Shown: positions 26,268 to 36,355 of the stretch, piece by piece
How the letters are laid out: every line of letters begins with the position of its first letter
Position numbering within the stretch: the first letter of the stretch is position 1
Assembly (NCBI GenBank): GCA_040389365.1
Contig: JAZKAB010000007.1
Span: 14,084-62,286, forward strand
Origin: Patescibacteria group bacterium
Lineage (GTDB): Bacteria > Patescibacteriota > Minisyncoccia > Phycocordibacterales > UBA9973
Reading direction: 5' to 3'
Length of the DNA: 48,203 bases
The notes under the pieces: model-generated
Seen by the model: the letters and a program-made list of their open reading frames with translations, nothing else
Database searches by the model: none
What the model was told of the DNA's origin: nothing
Program-made: the position numbers and the translations under genes

Positions 26268-27971
26268 TTATTTCCTCTCGCTCAGGTCAACGACAGACTC
26301 AACTTCCTTGAAGTCTGTAATGCCTTGAAGAATTTTAACAATGCCATCCTCGCGCATATCAAGGGTGCCTTGCTTGTCGGCAATTGCCTTGATGTCTCGC
26401 TCTGTTGGGTTTGAAAGAATGATGTGCTCGATGCTGGCATCCATCTGCACAACTTCAAAGATGCCGAGACGTCCCCTGTATCCGGTCTTGCCGCACTGCT
26501 CGCAGCCGTCGGCTGACCATACTGTTGCAATGTCAGGCGCAACGCCGAATTGTGCCATGTTCTTGCCGTTGGCAACAGCCTCGCTCCAGATTCGCTGCAC
26601 TGTCTCTTTTTCCTTTTCTGTTATAGGGCGCTCATGCTTGCAGTTCATGCACAGCTTTCGCACCAATCGCTGCGCGATTGAAAGGGTGAGGGCAGAGACG
26701 AGAATTTGAGGATTCACTTCCAGGTCGATCAGGCGGGGGATAACGCCGGCAGCATTGTTAGTGTGCAGTGTTGAAAAGACAATGTGGCCAGTTAGCGCAG
26801 ACTCAACAGCGATCTTTGCCGTTTCAGAGTCTCGAATTTCTCCAACCATGATAATGTCAGGATCCTGACGAAGGCCAGAGCGCAATCCTTCTAGGAACGT
26901 ATAGCCTCGCTTGTGGTCAACCTGCGTTTGCGTAATGCCGGCAAGGTGGTATTCGATCGGATCTTCGATAGTTATGATTTTTAACTCCGGAGAAAAAACC
27001 TGCTGCAAGAAGGCATAGAGGGTTGTGGTCTTTCCTGATCCTGTGGGACCTGTCAGCAACACCATGCCGTTCGGCTTCCTGATGCCTTCCATGAAAATAT
27101 CAAGCAGCGGAGCAGATATGCCTAATTCATTAAGCTGCACGCGAATAGATTTCGGGTTAAGGATACGCAATACGATTGATTCGCCGTATGCCCCAGGAAT
27201 CATTGAAGTACGAAAGCTGATCTCGTCTTCTCCCAAGAATGCGCTGAAGCGCCCGTCTTGCGGGGTTGCGTTAATCGTCAGCTTCAGTCCTGATAGCAGC
27301 TTGATACGGGTGTTGATCTGCTTGTATGTAGGAAAACCAAAGCTGGTAATGACATGCAAGACGCCATCGAGTCGAAAGCGCAGCTCAACTTCGCTTTCCA
27401 TCGGCTCTACATGCACGTCAGACGCGCCGATACCAATACCAGCTCCCAATACAATCTCTAGAATGCGAGAAAGGTGATGCTGGCTAGAGCTCTCATTGAT
27501 TGCTTCGTTGATAACGCGCATGGCATCTTCAATTGTCTTCACTGTCTTGCTGAGTTCCAAGAGCACGTCAGGAGAAACATCAAGGCCTCCTGCACGGGAA
27601 CGCGTTGCATATGAAAGATCTTTGTAATGTGTCCAGACTTTCTGGATACTCTTTTCGCTTGCCATCATCATGACGACCTCGTAGCCGTTGCCTTCAATAA
27701 ACTTCTTGGCTGCTATTGCGCCGGTATCGTTAGGGGAGCGAACTGCCAAGAGAAGCTTCTTGTCGATAAGGCGATATGGCCCTACGTCAAAAGCGCGCGC
27801 CTGCTCTTCTGTCAGCAGTCTGATTGCGTCGTTATCAATCGCCTGAGAGAGCAAATTGATGTACCCGAGTCCGTATTTTTGCTCTGCGAGCATTGCAACA
27901 ACGTCTTCCTCCTCCGCTTCGCGCAGGTTGTTGATTCGTTTTATTTGATCGCTTTCGTCAAATTGCACCAT
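26268..27971 (-). CDS. pilB: GspE/PilB-family type IV pilus assembly ATPase
   Basis: Walker A LLTGPTGSGKTTTLYA, tetracysteine CMNC...CEQCGKTGYRGR, and a GspE-N-like N-domain. The start was set at MVQFDE, where TATACT lies 7 nt upstream; the track ORF extends to 28079. Confidence 0.9.
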   Translation of the reverse strand: MVQFDESDQIKRINNLREAEEEDVVAMLAEQKYGLGYINLLSQAIDNDAIRLLTEEQARAFDVGPYRLIDKKLLLAVRSPNDTGAIAAKKFIEGNGYEVVMMMASEKSIQKVWTHYKDLSYATRSRAGGLDVSPDVLLELSKTVKTIEDAMRVINEAINESSSQHHLSRILEIVLGAGIGIGASDVHVEPMESEVELRFRLDGVLHVITSFGFPTYKQINTRIKLLSGLKLTINATPQDGRFSAFLGEDEISFRTSMIPGAYGESIVLRILNPKSIRVQLNELGISAPLLDIFMEGIRKPNGMVLLTGPTGSGKTTTLYAFLQQVFSPELKIITIEDPIEYHLAGITQTQVDHKRGYTFLEGLRSGLRQDPDIIMVGEIRDSETAKIAVESALTGHIVFSTLHTNNAAGVIPRLIDLEVNPQILVSALTLSIAQRLVRKLCMNCKHERPITEKEKETVQRIWSEAVANGKNMAQFGVAPDIATVWSADGCEQCGKTGYRGRLGIFEVVQMDASIEHIILSNPTERDIKAIADKQGTLDMREDGIVKILQGITDFKEVESVVDLSERK

Positions 27972-28152
27972 GGTCATAAGTATACCGTATTTCATGACTT
28001 TTTTCTGATTTAATGATAAAAAAGAAAGAGAAAACAGTCGTATGGATGAGATACCGACATGGCTTGACAAAAGAGTCAAGTTGTGATACGATACAGTTAA
28101 ATTTAAGTCTACCTAAAAAACATTCAACACACTTAAAAAACAGCTCTTTAAT

Positions 28153-29046
28153 ATGAAAAAACTAATAAGAACACTGCTTGTACTGATTGGAACAATCGCT
28201 ACGAGTACGGCTGCACATGCGCAGTATGAAACGTTAAATCAAACCCAGTACACTGGGTATGATATCTCTACATCGAAAGGTACCGGATTGTTTACCCTGC
28301 ACGCGCAGGGACAAACAGGCTATGGCCCCGTTTATAGCGGCGTAGAAACAGCATTGTTTGGAAACAGACGTGCTGCGCTTGCAATGTTTAGAGGCGACCT
28401 ACCAGGCTTAACCCCTGAAAATCTTATGGATTTGCAAGGGTATTGGCTTAAAATGCAGCTGGGTGGAACATTTGATCCAACCAATCGCTCGAGGTACCTC
28501 CTTAATATTTATCCGGTTAATACACCTCAAGAGGCTGAAAGGCTTTGGACAAAGTATGACGATGGGTATGTAATTAAAGGGGATAACAAGCTTTCTTTTT
28601 GCAAGCCGCTTAGCTCTCCGAACTATCAGTTCAAACCATTCTGGTATGCAATTGTTACCGACAAGCAAACCGGGCTTAGTGCCCTGCTTCGCGCAAATTG
28701 CGGAAACCCTATGCCTTTGGCTGGAACCGGCACCTACAACGAAGATGTTGTTGTTGCTAGTAACAGCGTAGTACGGGATCCGAACTTAAATGTTCAGCAA
28801 ACTGTGTATGTGGATCGCAATCAGCAAAGCGCTGATCGCAACACTGAGCTTCCTAAAAAGGAAAAGAAGCTGAGCACTGGCGCAAAAGTAGTTATTGGAG
28901 CGGTTATCTTGACCGGCTTAGGCCTTGCCGCAAAAGCTATCTTCGGTAAAAAGGGTGGCAATGACACAACCCATGATCCCACCTGGCAACCGCCTTCAAC
29001 CACACCGTGGCCCGATGGCGGAAGCGTAGACGGACCCAAGCTTTAG
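28153..29046 (+). CDS. secreted hypothetical protein with a C-terminal TM anchor
   Basis: Signal peptide MKKLIRTLLVLIGTIATSTAAHA and C-terminal helix GAKVVIGAVILTGLGLAAKAIFG. Confidence 0.6.
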   Translation: MKKLIRTLLVLIGTIATSTAAHAQYETLNQTQYTGYDISTSKGTGLFTLHAQGQTGYGPVYSGVETALFGNRRAALAMFRGDLPGLTPENLMDLQGYWLKMQLGGTFDPTNRSRYLLNIYPVNTPQEAERLWTKYDDGYVIKGDNKLSFCKPLSSPNYQFKPFWYAIVTDKQTGLSALLRANCGNPMPLAGTGTYNEDVVVASNSVVRDPNLNVQQTVYVDRNQQSADRNTELPKKEKKLSTGAKVVIGAVILTGLGLAAKAIFGKKGGNDTTHDPTWQPPSTTPWPDGGSVDGPKL

Positions 29047-29096
29047 CGTTGCTAGATCAGTACTTGTGGTCTTGTAAAATTAGTTGTAAAACCTTT

Positions 29097-29133
29097 AGAG
29101 AACGACCGTAAAACCCTCGTTCTCTTTATTCTT
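29097..29133 (+). terminator. intrinsic terminator
   Basis: AGAGAACGA...TCGTTCTCT forms a 9-bp stem and is followed by TTATTCTTT. Confidence 0.55.
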
Positions 29134-29244
29134 TAGCATCGTATCCAGTCGGATAGGGTGCCAAAGAGTAAATTGACAAAACTGTATAATTATGTTATAA
29201 ATATGCAGTTAGTCGAAATTAAATTATTAATTGAGAAAGAAAAG

Positions 29245-31476
29245 ATGAGTATGAAAAAAATTATTATTCTAATACTGGCGGTAGTTGCTTCAGCGACGCT
29301 TTTTGCGACGTCTGCATATGCCAACAGTACGCTGAATTCGCCTGCAGCAATGCCGGCAATTACGGTGACAAACAACACGACAAATCCTTGTAGTGCTGGC
29401 CCGATTGACGGTTGTTGGAAAACAAGCGCAACGGCAAAGCCTGGAGAGGTTATTTCAGTTAACGCATACTACGAAAACACTGGCAATGAAACATTGCACA
29501 ATGTTACGCTTGCGATTCACCCTTCACGCAATGGTGCAAATGTAAGCTTCTCTGGTGGCGTTGATGCGTCTAACTCGACAGGTCGCGTTAACGGAAACGC
29601 TAACGTAACTTTGTCAAAGACGACAACTATTACTATGCTGCTTGGTAACGAGCGTCCAGCATGGTACCCAGGTCCTGGCGGCAGTCCTCGCGAAGTGAAC
29701 TCAAGTGCCCTTATCGGTACTGGCTTCAACATCGGCGATGTTGCTCCTGGAGCAAAGGGCGCAATCGTTGCTCGATTCCGCGTTGATGGAAATGACGACA
29801 CAAACCCAGTTTGCGTTATCAACAACTTCCAGCCAAACCCTGGAACAATCAACAAGGGCAACTCAAGCAATCTGACATGGAGCACGACAGGCTGTGAAAA
29901 CGTATCTATTACTGACGTAGGAACTAACCTTCCTGCTAATGACAGTCGAAACGTGTACCCTACGGTTACAAAGACCTATACGCTTACGGCGTTCCCAGGC
30001 GGAGCGACTCGTAACGCAACAGTCATTGTTAACGATGGAGGAAACAACAACGGCTGTACTATCAACAACTTTGATGCAAGTCCTTCATACTTGAACAACC
30101 CAGGTTCAACAATCCTAAGCTGGAATACTACTAACTGTGATTCAGTTACCGTTTCTCCAAACCTAGGCGGCAACCTGTCAGTTGATGACAGTCGCTCAAC
30201 ATACGTTTCATCTACTACTACCTACACGCTTACGGCGTTCCCAGGTGGCGTAACTCGAAGCACAACAGTGAGCGTTGGAAACAACAACAATGGCAACTAC
30301 TGTTCAATCAGCTTCTACGCTGACAGCAACAGCATTACCCAGGGCCAGACAACGAACCTTCGTTGGAGCGTAACTGGTGCTAACTCTGTGTACATCACAG
30401 GCTTCGGCACTCGCTACGAGACAAATGGCTCGATCTCAATCAGCCCGTACGCTTCAACAAGCTATACGCTGACATTGAACGGCGCTAACTGTAACGGAGG
30501 CGACACGACAAAGTCTGTGTACGTAACTGTTAACCAGTCAAACGTAGGCAACTACGCGCAGCCTCAGGCTATTACGACAGTAGGGACTCCAATTAGCTCA
30601 TACGCTGCAATCTTGAACGGTATCGCCGTGCCAAACACGACATACGGTACAACAAGCGCATGGTTCGAATACGGATCAACTACATCACTCGGCAACCGTT
30701 CAGACAGCCAGATCATTAGCAGCAACGGGCAGTTCCCGTACAGCGCTAACATCAGCGGCCTAAGCGGCGGACGAACGTATTACTTCCGCGCAGTCGTGCA
30801 GAACCAATCTGGTACTGCATACGGCGCAGTAGTGCCATTCACTACTCCTTCTGCAAGCACAACCTACACTCCCCCGACTCGCGTTATCGTGCAGTCTCAG
30901 ACAGTAAGTCGTGCAAACACGGGACTAATCGCTAACAGTCAGGCTTCACTCTTCCGATTGCAGGTAGACAGCAGCTTTGACCGCATGTGCGTGGGTGGAG
31001 ACATCCAGTACACAGTGAACTACCAGAACATCAGCGCACAGCAGCTTAACAACAGCGTTCTACGAATCACCTTCCCAGGAGAATTGGATTACGCATCAAG
31101 CTCACGCGGCGACTACAGTGTCGTTGACCGTACGCTAACGATTGCTCTTGGTACAGTGCAGCCAGGCGAACAGGGAAGCGTAACAGTACGCGCGCATGTG
31201 AACAACACAGCGCTACCAGGCAAGCTTGCGGTTATTACTGCAACTATGGTCTACACTAACCCTGTAACTAACGCTCAGGAACAGGCTATCGCGTACTCGC
31301 TGATCACAATCTCTAACGATTGTCCTGCGGTACTCGGCGCTAGCGTGTTCGGATTTGGAGGATTCCTTCCAAGCACATTGCTCGAATGGTTGCTACTCAT
31401 CCTAGTCATTCTCGCTCTTGTGGTACTCGCTCGCACTCTTTACCGACGTAAAGAAGAGCCAGTAAAAACTGTGTAA
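29245..31476 (+). CDS. large cell-surface protein with three tandem repeats of about 81 aa and a C-terminal TM anchor
   Basis: Signal peptide MSMKKIIILILAVVASATLFATSAYA. Three repeats end in TYTLTAFPGG..R..TV. A DUF11-like segment (GGDIQYTVNYQN...) follows, then the C-terminal helix LLEWLLLILVILALVVLA and RRKEE. The track start at 29158 was trimmed. Confidence 0.7.
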   Translation: MSMKKIIILILAVVASATLFATSAYANSTLNSPAAMPAITVTNNTTNPCSAGPIDGCWKTSATAKPGEVISVNAYYENTGNETLHNVTLAIHPSRNGANVSFSGGVDASNSTGRVNGNANVTLSKTTTITMLLGNERPAWYPGPGGSPREVNSSALIGTGFNIGDVAPGAKGAIVARFRVDGNDDTNPVCVINNFQPNPGTINKGNSSNLTWSTTGCENVSITDVGTNLPANDSRNVYPTVTKTYTLTAFPGGATRNATVIVNDGGNNNGCTINNFDASPSYLNNPGSTILSWNTTNCDSVTVSPNLGGNLSVDDSRSTYVSSTTTYTLTAFPGGVTRSTTVSVGNNNNGNYCSISFYADSNSITQGQTTNLRWSVTGANSVYITGFGTRYETNGSISISPYASTSYTLTLNGANCNGGDTTKSVYVTVNQSNVGNYAQPQAITTVGTPISSYAAILNGIAVPNTTYGTTSAWFEYGSTTSLGNRSDSQIISSNGQFPYSANISGLSGGRTYYFRAVVQNQSGTAYGAVVPFTTPSASTTYTPPTRVIVQSQTVSRANTGLIANSQASLFRLQVDSSFDRMCVGGDIQYTVNYQNISAQQLNNSVLRITFPGELDYASSSRGDYSVVDRTLTIALGTVQPGEQGSVTVRAHVNNTALPGKLAVITATMVYTNPVTNAQEQAIAYSLITISNDCPAVLGASVFGFGGFLPSTLLEWLLLILVILALVVLARTLYRRKEEPVKTV
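29812..30540 (+). repeat. three tandem coding repeats (about 243-246 nt each) inside the surface protein gene
   Basis: The units begin at TGC 29812, TGT 30055 and TGT 30301. Units 1 and 2 share long nucleotide identity (tacgcttacggcgttcccaggYgg). Confidence 0.75.
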
Positions 31477-31500
31477 TAATCAGTTACGACACTCTATTCA

Positions 31501-31526
31501 AAAGCCGCCCTTCGGGGCGGCTTTTG
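31501..31526 (+). terminator. intrinsic terminator
   Basis: AGCCGCCCttcgGGGCGGCTTTTG. Confidence 0.8.
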
Positions 31527-31541
31527 TGTTAAAATCCCCTT

Positions 31542-31970
31542 ATGGAACGCCTGTATACCGAAGCCGATACTGACGCTATTGCAGAAATACTGAGCCTTTT
31601 GCAATCTTCAGACGCTGGGGCGACAATCCTGGCACTGGAAGGAGATCTGGGAGCAGGCAAAACAACCCTTACCAAGGCCCTGGCAGCCCGCCTAGGGGTG
31701 ACTGATACAGTAGTGAGCCCAACCTTCGTTATTGCCAAGTTTTACGGCGCACAGCATGACGCATTCAATGCGCTGGTGCATATGGACGCCTATCGCATCG
31801 AGTCGCTGGAAGAGCTGGGGCCCCTTGGCTGGGAGGCATTGCTCGCGCAGCCGCGCACGCTGCTTATTATTGAATGGCCGGAAAAGATCAGGGGCGCATT
31901 GCCAGAAGCCATTCATCATTTCAAGATAGTTCATTCAGGAGACCAGCGCACCATTACCAAAATCCAATAA
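31542..31970 (+). CDS. tsaE: tRNA t6A37 biosynthesis protein TsaE
   Basis: LEGDLGAGKTTLTKALA...VVSPTF motif. TGtTAAAAT lies 6 nt upstream of the ATG. Confidence 0.85.
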   Translation: MERLYTEADTDAIAEILSLLQSSDAGATILALEGDLGAGKTTLTKALAARLGVTDTVVSPTFVIAKFYGAQHDAFNALVHMDAYRIESLEELGPLGWEALLAQPRTLLIIEWPEKIRGALPEAIHHFKIVHSGDQRTITKIQ

Positions 31971-31975
31971 GCAGT

Positions 31976-34327
31976 ATGAAAAAAACCCCTACCAAAACTA
32001 TCGTTCTCCTCGATTCGCATGCCATCATTCACCGCGCATATCATGCGCTGCCGAATTTTGCCAACAGTGCCGGCGCGCCAACAGGCGCGCTGTATGGGTT
32101 GCTTTCAATGATTATCAAGATCATTGAAGAGCTCAAGCCTGACTATATTGTTGCGGCATACGACTTGCCGAAGCCAACCTTTCGCCATCATGCATACGAA
32201 AACTACAAGGCAGGGAGAGTGAAGGCGGATGATGATTTGGTAAAGCAGCTTATTTCTTCTCGCGAAGTGTTTGCGGCGCTTGGCATTCCAGTATTGGATG
32301 CAGAAGGGTTTGAGGCTGATGACGTCATCGGCACGCTGGTAGGCAAGCTGAAAGTCTTGCCTGATACTGCTGTCATTATCGCTTCAGGCGATATGGATAC
32401 GCTGCAGCTTGTTGAGAAGAAGAAAGTGCAGGTATATACGCTGAAGAAGGGCATTGCTGACACTATTCTGTATGACGAAGATGCGGTGAAGGAGCGCTAT
32501 GGCTTTGGCCCTTTGCAGCTTATTGACTACAAGGGCTTGCGCGGCGACCCATCTGACAACATTATCGGCGTGCCCGGCATTGGAGAAAAGACTGCAACGA
32601 CTATCTTGCAGCACTTCGGCACGATCGAAAAGCTGTATGCGGCACTGGAGAAAGACCCGGCGAAGGGAAAGGAAGCAGGATTAACTGACCGCATTATAAA
32701 GCTGCTGATCGAGCACAAGGATGACGCATTTTTTTCAAAGACCCTGGCAACGATTCGCTTCGATGCGCCGATTGAATACGTCTTGCCCGACCAGACGTTT
32801 GCAGAAAGCGTAAACGAGACCGCAGTGCTTGACCTTATTGCCAAGTATGAGTTTTCAAGCTTGAGCGCGCGAGCGCGACGAGTGTTTCATTTCGAGAAGG
32901 CTGCGCCTGCTGAAGATGTTGATCCGGTATTGCTGCGCTTGGCATCTATCGCGCTGTGGGTATTGTCTTCAGAGCAGACCAATCCGACATACGAAATGAT
33001 ACTGGAACGAGCTCGCAAGAAAACATTGGCTGAGGCATATGAGGTTATAAGGCAGGAACTGGAACGACGAGAGCTATTGCCCTTGTTTGAAAAGATCGAA
33101 GAGCCGCTGGTGCCCATCATTACCGAAATGGAAAGCTATGGCATCATGATCGATCAGGACTATTTCAGAACATTGCAGACTCGCATGAAGGAGCAGCTTG
33201 AGGGAATTGAAAAGAGTATCACCGAGCAAACCGGCGTTGCTATAAACCTTAACTCCCCAAAACAGCTCTCAGAACTGCTGTTCGTGACGTTAGGATTGAA
33301 GCCAAAGGGCAAGCAGAAGGCGAGCGGGGCATATACGACCAATGCAGAGCAGCTGGAAGAATTGCGCGACGAGCATCCGATTATTCCCTTGCTCTTGGAA
33401 TATCGCGAAGTACAGAAGCTCTTAACGACCTATGTTGAAGCATTGCTTGGCCATGTAAAGGAAGACGGCAGGGTGCATGCAACGTTCCTGCAGCACGGTA
33501 CCACTACCGGCCGCTTTTCTTCCGCAAACCCAAACCTGCAGAATATTCCCATCAAGGGAAATTCAGGCAAGGAAATTCGACAGGGGTTCATTGCTGGTCC
33601 TGGCAATGTCTATATCGGCAGCGACTACTCGCAGATTGAATTGCGCGTGTTGGCGATGCTCTCGAATGACGAGCAGCTGATCGAGACATTCAGAAAAGGG
33701 GAAGACATTCACATGTCGGTCGCGTCAGCGATGTTCAAGGTGCCGTTTAGCGAGGTGACGAATGACATGCGACGAAAGGCGAAGGTGATTAACTTCGGCA
33801 TCCTATACGGCATGGGCATTACGGCGCTCCAGAAGAATCTGGGCACGACTCGCGCAGAAGCGCAGACCTTCTATAACAGCTACTTCGAAGCCTTTCCAAA
33901 GATTCATGACTATCTTGAATCAACAAAGGAATACGCCAAGCTGCATGGCTACACAGAAACGCTCTTTGGCCGCCGTCGGTATTTCCCCGGCATCAATGCT
34001 AGTGCGCCGTTCCTGCGCGCCATGGCAGAGCGCATGGCGACGAATGCGCCGATTCAGGGAACCAACGCTGATATCGTAAAGATTGCCATCAAGCTAGTCG
34101 ATGAAGACCTTCGTGCAGCAGGGCTGATTGACCAGGCGCATCTTATCCTTCAGATTCATGACGAATTGGTATATGAGGTAGATGAGAAGGTCAAAGACCA
34201 GGCCGAGGCCATTATCAAGAATGCCATGAATGACGTCTTTGCCCGATCGCCGTTTCCTGTCACTGCTCCCTTGGTGCCGCTGGCCGTATCCGTCGGCTCT
34301 GGCAAGCGACTTGATGATCTGAAGTAA
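31976..34327 (+). CDS. polA: DNA polymerase I
   Basis: 5'-nuclease N-domain (LLDSHAIIHRAYHALP). Pol A motifs DYSQIELRVLA, RRKAKVINFGILYG and QIHDELV. The start was trimmed from the track's 31874. Confidence 0.9.
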   Translation: MKKTPTKTIVLLDSHAIIHRAYHALPNFANSAGAPTGALYGLLSMIIKIIEELKPDYIVAAYDLPKPTFRHHAYENYKAGRVKADDDLVKQLISSREVFAALGIPVLDAEGFEADDVIGTLVGKLKVLPDTAVIIASGDMDTLQLVEKKKVQVYTLKKGIADTILYDEDAVKERYGFGPLQLIDYKGLRGDPSDNIIGVPGIGEKTATTILQHFGTIEKLYAALEKDPAKGKEAGLTDRIIKLLIEHKDDAFFSKTLATIRFDAPIEYVLPDQTFAESVNETAVLDLIAKYEFSSLSARARRVFHFEKAAPAEDVDPVLLRLASIALWVLSSEQTNPTYEMILERARKKTLAEAYEVIRQELERRELLPLFEKIEEPLVPIITEMESYGIMIDQDYFRTLQTRMKEQLEGIEKSITEQTGVAINLNSPKQLSELLFVTLGLKPKGKQKASGAYTTNAEQLEELRDEHPIIPLLLEYREVQKLLTTYVEALLGHVKEDGRVHATFLQHGTTTGRFSSANPNLQNIPIKGNSGKEIRQGFIAGPGNVYIGSDYSQIELRVLAMLSNDEQLIETFRKGEDIHMSVASAMFKVPFSEVTNDMRRKAKVINFGILYGMGITALQKNLGTTRAEAQTFYNSYFEAFPKIHDYLESTKEYAKLHGYTETLFGRRRYFPGINASAPFLRAMAERMATNAPIQGTNADIVKIAIKLVDEDLRAAGLIDQAHLILQIHDELVYEVDEKVKDQAEAIIKNAMNDVFARSPFPVTAPLVPLAVSVGSGKRLDDLK

Positions 34328-34344
34328 CGCTATACAATAGGGGT

Positions 34345-34785
34345 ATGAAACCACTTGCACGATCTATCCACACTGCCCTGGCAGACTCATACCTGGCCTA
34401 TTTCATATTCAGCCTGCTTGGCCTGTTTGCCGACACCTTCTTCGCCATCGGCGCGCCTATTGCCAATGGCGAATGGATTGCCTTGACCTGCTTTATTCTT
34501 GGTCCGATGCTGATCTTTTGGGCACAGCGTACTTCTGCACAAAAAAATGATACGCCATACTTCCAACGCGGGCCGTATCGCTTGATGCGCAATCCGACTC
34601 ATATCGGCATCGTTATCCTTGTTGCAGGGTATAGCGCGGTGAGCGGTTCCATTGTATTTTTGGCAGTAACAGTATTGGGCTACATTGTCTCAAATGTATT
34701 TTTCAGAAAGTATGAATCTTTGATCCATACTGAATTCGGCGAGCAGTATAAAGAGTATAAGGAGACAGTGCCTAAAATTTTCTAA
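34345..34785 (+). CDS. isoprenylcysteine carboxyl methyltransferase (ICMT/PEMT)-family membrane protein
   Basis: Four hydrophobic helices and the GPYRLMRNPTHIG motif. Confidence 0.7.
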   Translation: MKPLARSIHTALADSYLAYFIFSLLGLFADTFFAIGAPIANGEWIALTCFILGPMLIFWAQRTSAQKNDTPYFQRGPYRLMRNPTHIGIVILVAGYSAVSGSIVFLAVTVLGYIVSNVFFRKYESLIHTEFGEQYKEYKETVPKIF

Positions 34786-35408
34786 TGCTTACTATCATTG
34801 TTGCAGATACAAAGCCATACCGCGCTGAGCGCATCGCTGCCGTATTGGCAGACTATGCTGACAGTGAAGTCATCATGCTTGATGACACGCTTATTTCCAT
34901 TGATGCGCTTGAACACTATGTCTATCCGTCGCTGTTTACGCTCAACACTCCTGTCGTGCATGGTCGTTTCATACTAGAGGCAAAGGAAAAGGAGCTCTCT
35001 GCTGCGCTGATTAAAAAGCTCATTGCTAGCCCAACAGTGTTTCTTTTGGAAGAGCTTTCTCTTTCGAAGCCCTTTATAACGAGCATCAAGAAGCAGGGCG
35101 CAATTGTGCACGTGCAGGAGCCTGCAAAGAAGGCAGAAAAGGAAAGCCTCTTCAATCAGGTATCGTTTGTTACGATTGCGAGCAAGAAAGACCGCTGGCT
35201 GGCATATCAGGCCGTATTGGCTAAGTATCCTATAGAGGCAGTATTAGGATTGCTGTATTGGAAAGTGCGCGATGTCGCATTGAAAGAAAGAGATCCGGAT
35301 GGTCAGTATCACGTGCTGTATGCCGCACTGCTCGAAGCTCATGCGGCTGCCTGGCAGCAAGGAACGCCGCTTAGCCTGGCTATAGAAAAAGTATTATTGA
35401 CGCATTAA
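34785..35408 (+). CDS. hypothetical protein (weak resemblance to the DNA polymerase III delta/HolA layout)
   Basis: 207-aa ORF whose start overlaps the previous stop (TAATG). No firm motif. Confidence 0.5.
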   Translation: MLTIIVADTKPYRAERIAAVLADYADSEVIMLDDTLISIDALEHYVYPSLFTLNTPVVHGRFILEAKEKELSAALIKKLIASPTVFLLEELSLSKPFITSIKKQGAIVHVQEPAKKAEKESLFNQVSFVTIASKKDRWLAYQAVLAKYPIEAVLGLLYWKVRDVALKERDPDGQYHVLYAALLEAHAAAWQQGTPLSLAIEKVLLTH

Positions 35409-35435
35409 AAAAGACCCTCCGCGAGGGTCTTTTTT
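35407..35435. terminator. bidirectional intrinsic terminator
   Basis: AAAAAAGACCCTCcgcGAGGGTCTTTTTT between convergent genes. Confidence 0.8.
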
Positions 35436-35441
35436 AATTGC

Positions 35442-35960
35442 TTATGCTTTGCGAGGGTATTGCATTGCAAGCACGGTGATCAGGATTCCGGCAAGGAGCG
35501 TGATTGCTGACATGAGCGGGATGGTAACGAAGCCGAATTCGTATACGTATCGAGTCAGGCAGCTGACGCCGCTTGTGCCACACACATCGCCTACGCCCCC
35601 ATTAGGGAAGATGTCGATGTAGTTGTGGAATAGGGCAATCAGGAATCCTGCAGCGCTGAAGAGCAGGATTTGGCGCTGCAATATTCTGCTGTTGCGAATG
35701 TCGTCGGTGAAAAGGAGGATTGCAATCGGGAAGATTGCAATGCGCTGATACCAGCACAAGAGGCAGGGCGCATAATCAAAGTAGTTTGAATAGATAAGAC
35801 TGCCGATGATCGCTCCGCCGAAGATAATGCGAAGGATGATGCTTGAGTGCTTGGCTACCCATCCCGCGATAGGGTTTTCGGTAAGCCATGCGACGACAAG
35901 GATGATAAGGAAGAGAAGGATTCCAAGGCTGGCTACAGCCATAAGGGTGTTGAATATCAT
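35442..35960 (-). CDS. disulfide bond formation protein B (DsbB/BdbC family)
   Basis: YAPCLLCWYQRIAIFP (CxxC plus the QR motif), a second Cys pair (CGTSGVSC), and four TM helices. Confidence 0.85.
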   Translation of the reverse strand: MIFNTLMAVASLGILLFLIILVVAWLTENPIAGWVAKHSSIILRIIFGGAIIGSLIYSNYFDYAPCLLCWYQRIAIFPIAILLFTDDIRNSRILQRQILLFSAAGFLIALFHNYIDIFPNGGVGDVCGTSGVSCLTRYVYEFGFVTIPLMSAITLLAGILITVLAMQYPRKA

Positions 35961-35969
35961 AAGGGTGTA

Positions 35970-36350
35970 TTAGTTAGCTGGTACTGGACAATTAGTCTTT
36001 TCTCCAAGAAAGGCGAATGTCTGCTCGCCAGTCGTTCGACTGCCGTCGGGGAATTCCCATGTTGGGTATGCTGCAATGTTTGCATCGTTACAGGTTCCGT
36101 TCTGCTTTGAGTCCTGGGTCTGGCATTCGATGTATGGAAGCTTCTTTGCTGATTTTCCAAACAACGCCTTTTGGGCCTGGCAGTGCGGGCACCACCATGC
36201 GCCATAGAACTTTGCGCCGCTGTCAGTGATGCACTGCGCGAACGTATCATACTTGCCCGGCTTCTTTGCCTGTACAACCAGGAAGCCAATAAGGGCGCCA
36301 ATAATTGCGAGCGTTACCACGATCCAGATCCATGTATTTTTCTTTTTCAT
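35970..36350 (-). CDS. membrane-anchored thioredoxin-fold oxidoreductase (CPHC)
   Basis: TM anchor WIWIVVTLAIIGALIGFLVV followed by GAWWCPHCQAQKALFG. The start was set at MKKKNTW. Directly upstream of dsbB. Confidence 0.75.
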   Translation of the reverse strand: MKKKNTWIWIVVTLAIIGALIGFLVVQAKKPGKYDTFAQCITDSGAKFYGAWWCPHCQAQKALFGKSAKKLPYIECQTQDSKQNGTCNDANIAAYPTWEFPDGSRTTGEQTFAFLGEKTNCPVPAN

Positions 36351-36355
36351 ATATA

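Noticed and set aside
29812-30540. Regularly spaced repeats that might suggest a CRISPR-like or satellite array.
   Set aside because: The units are about 243 nt, in frame and protein-coding (Ig-like modules). They do not have the short repeat-spacer structure of a CRISPR array.
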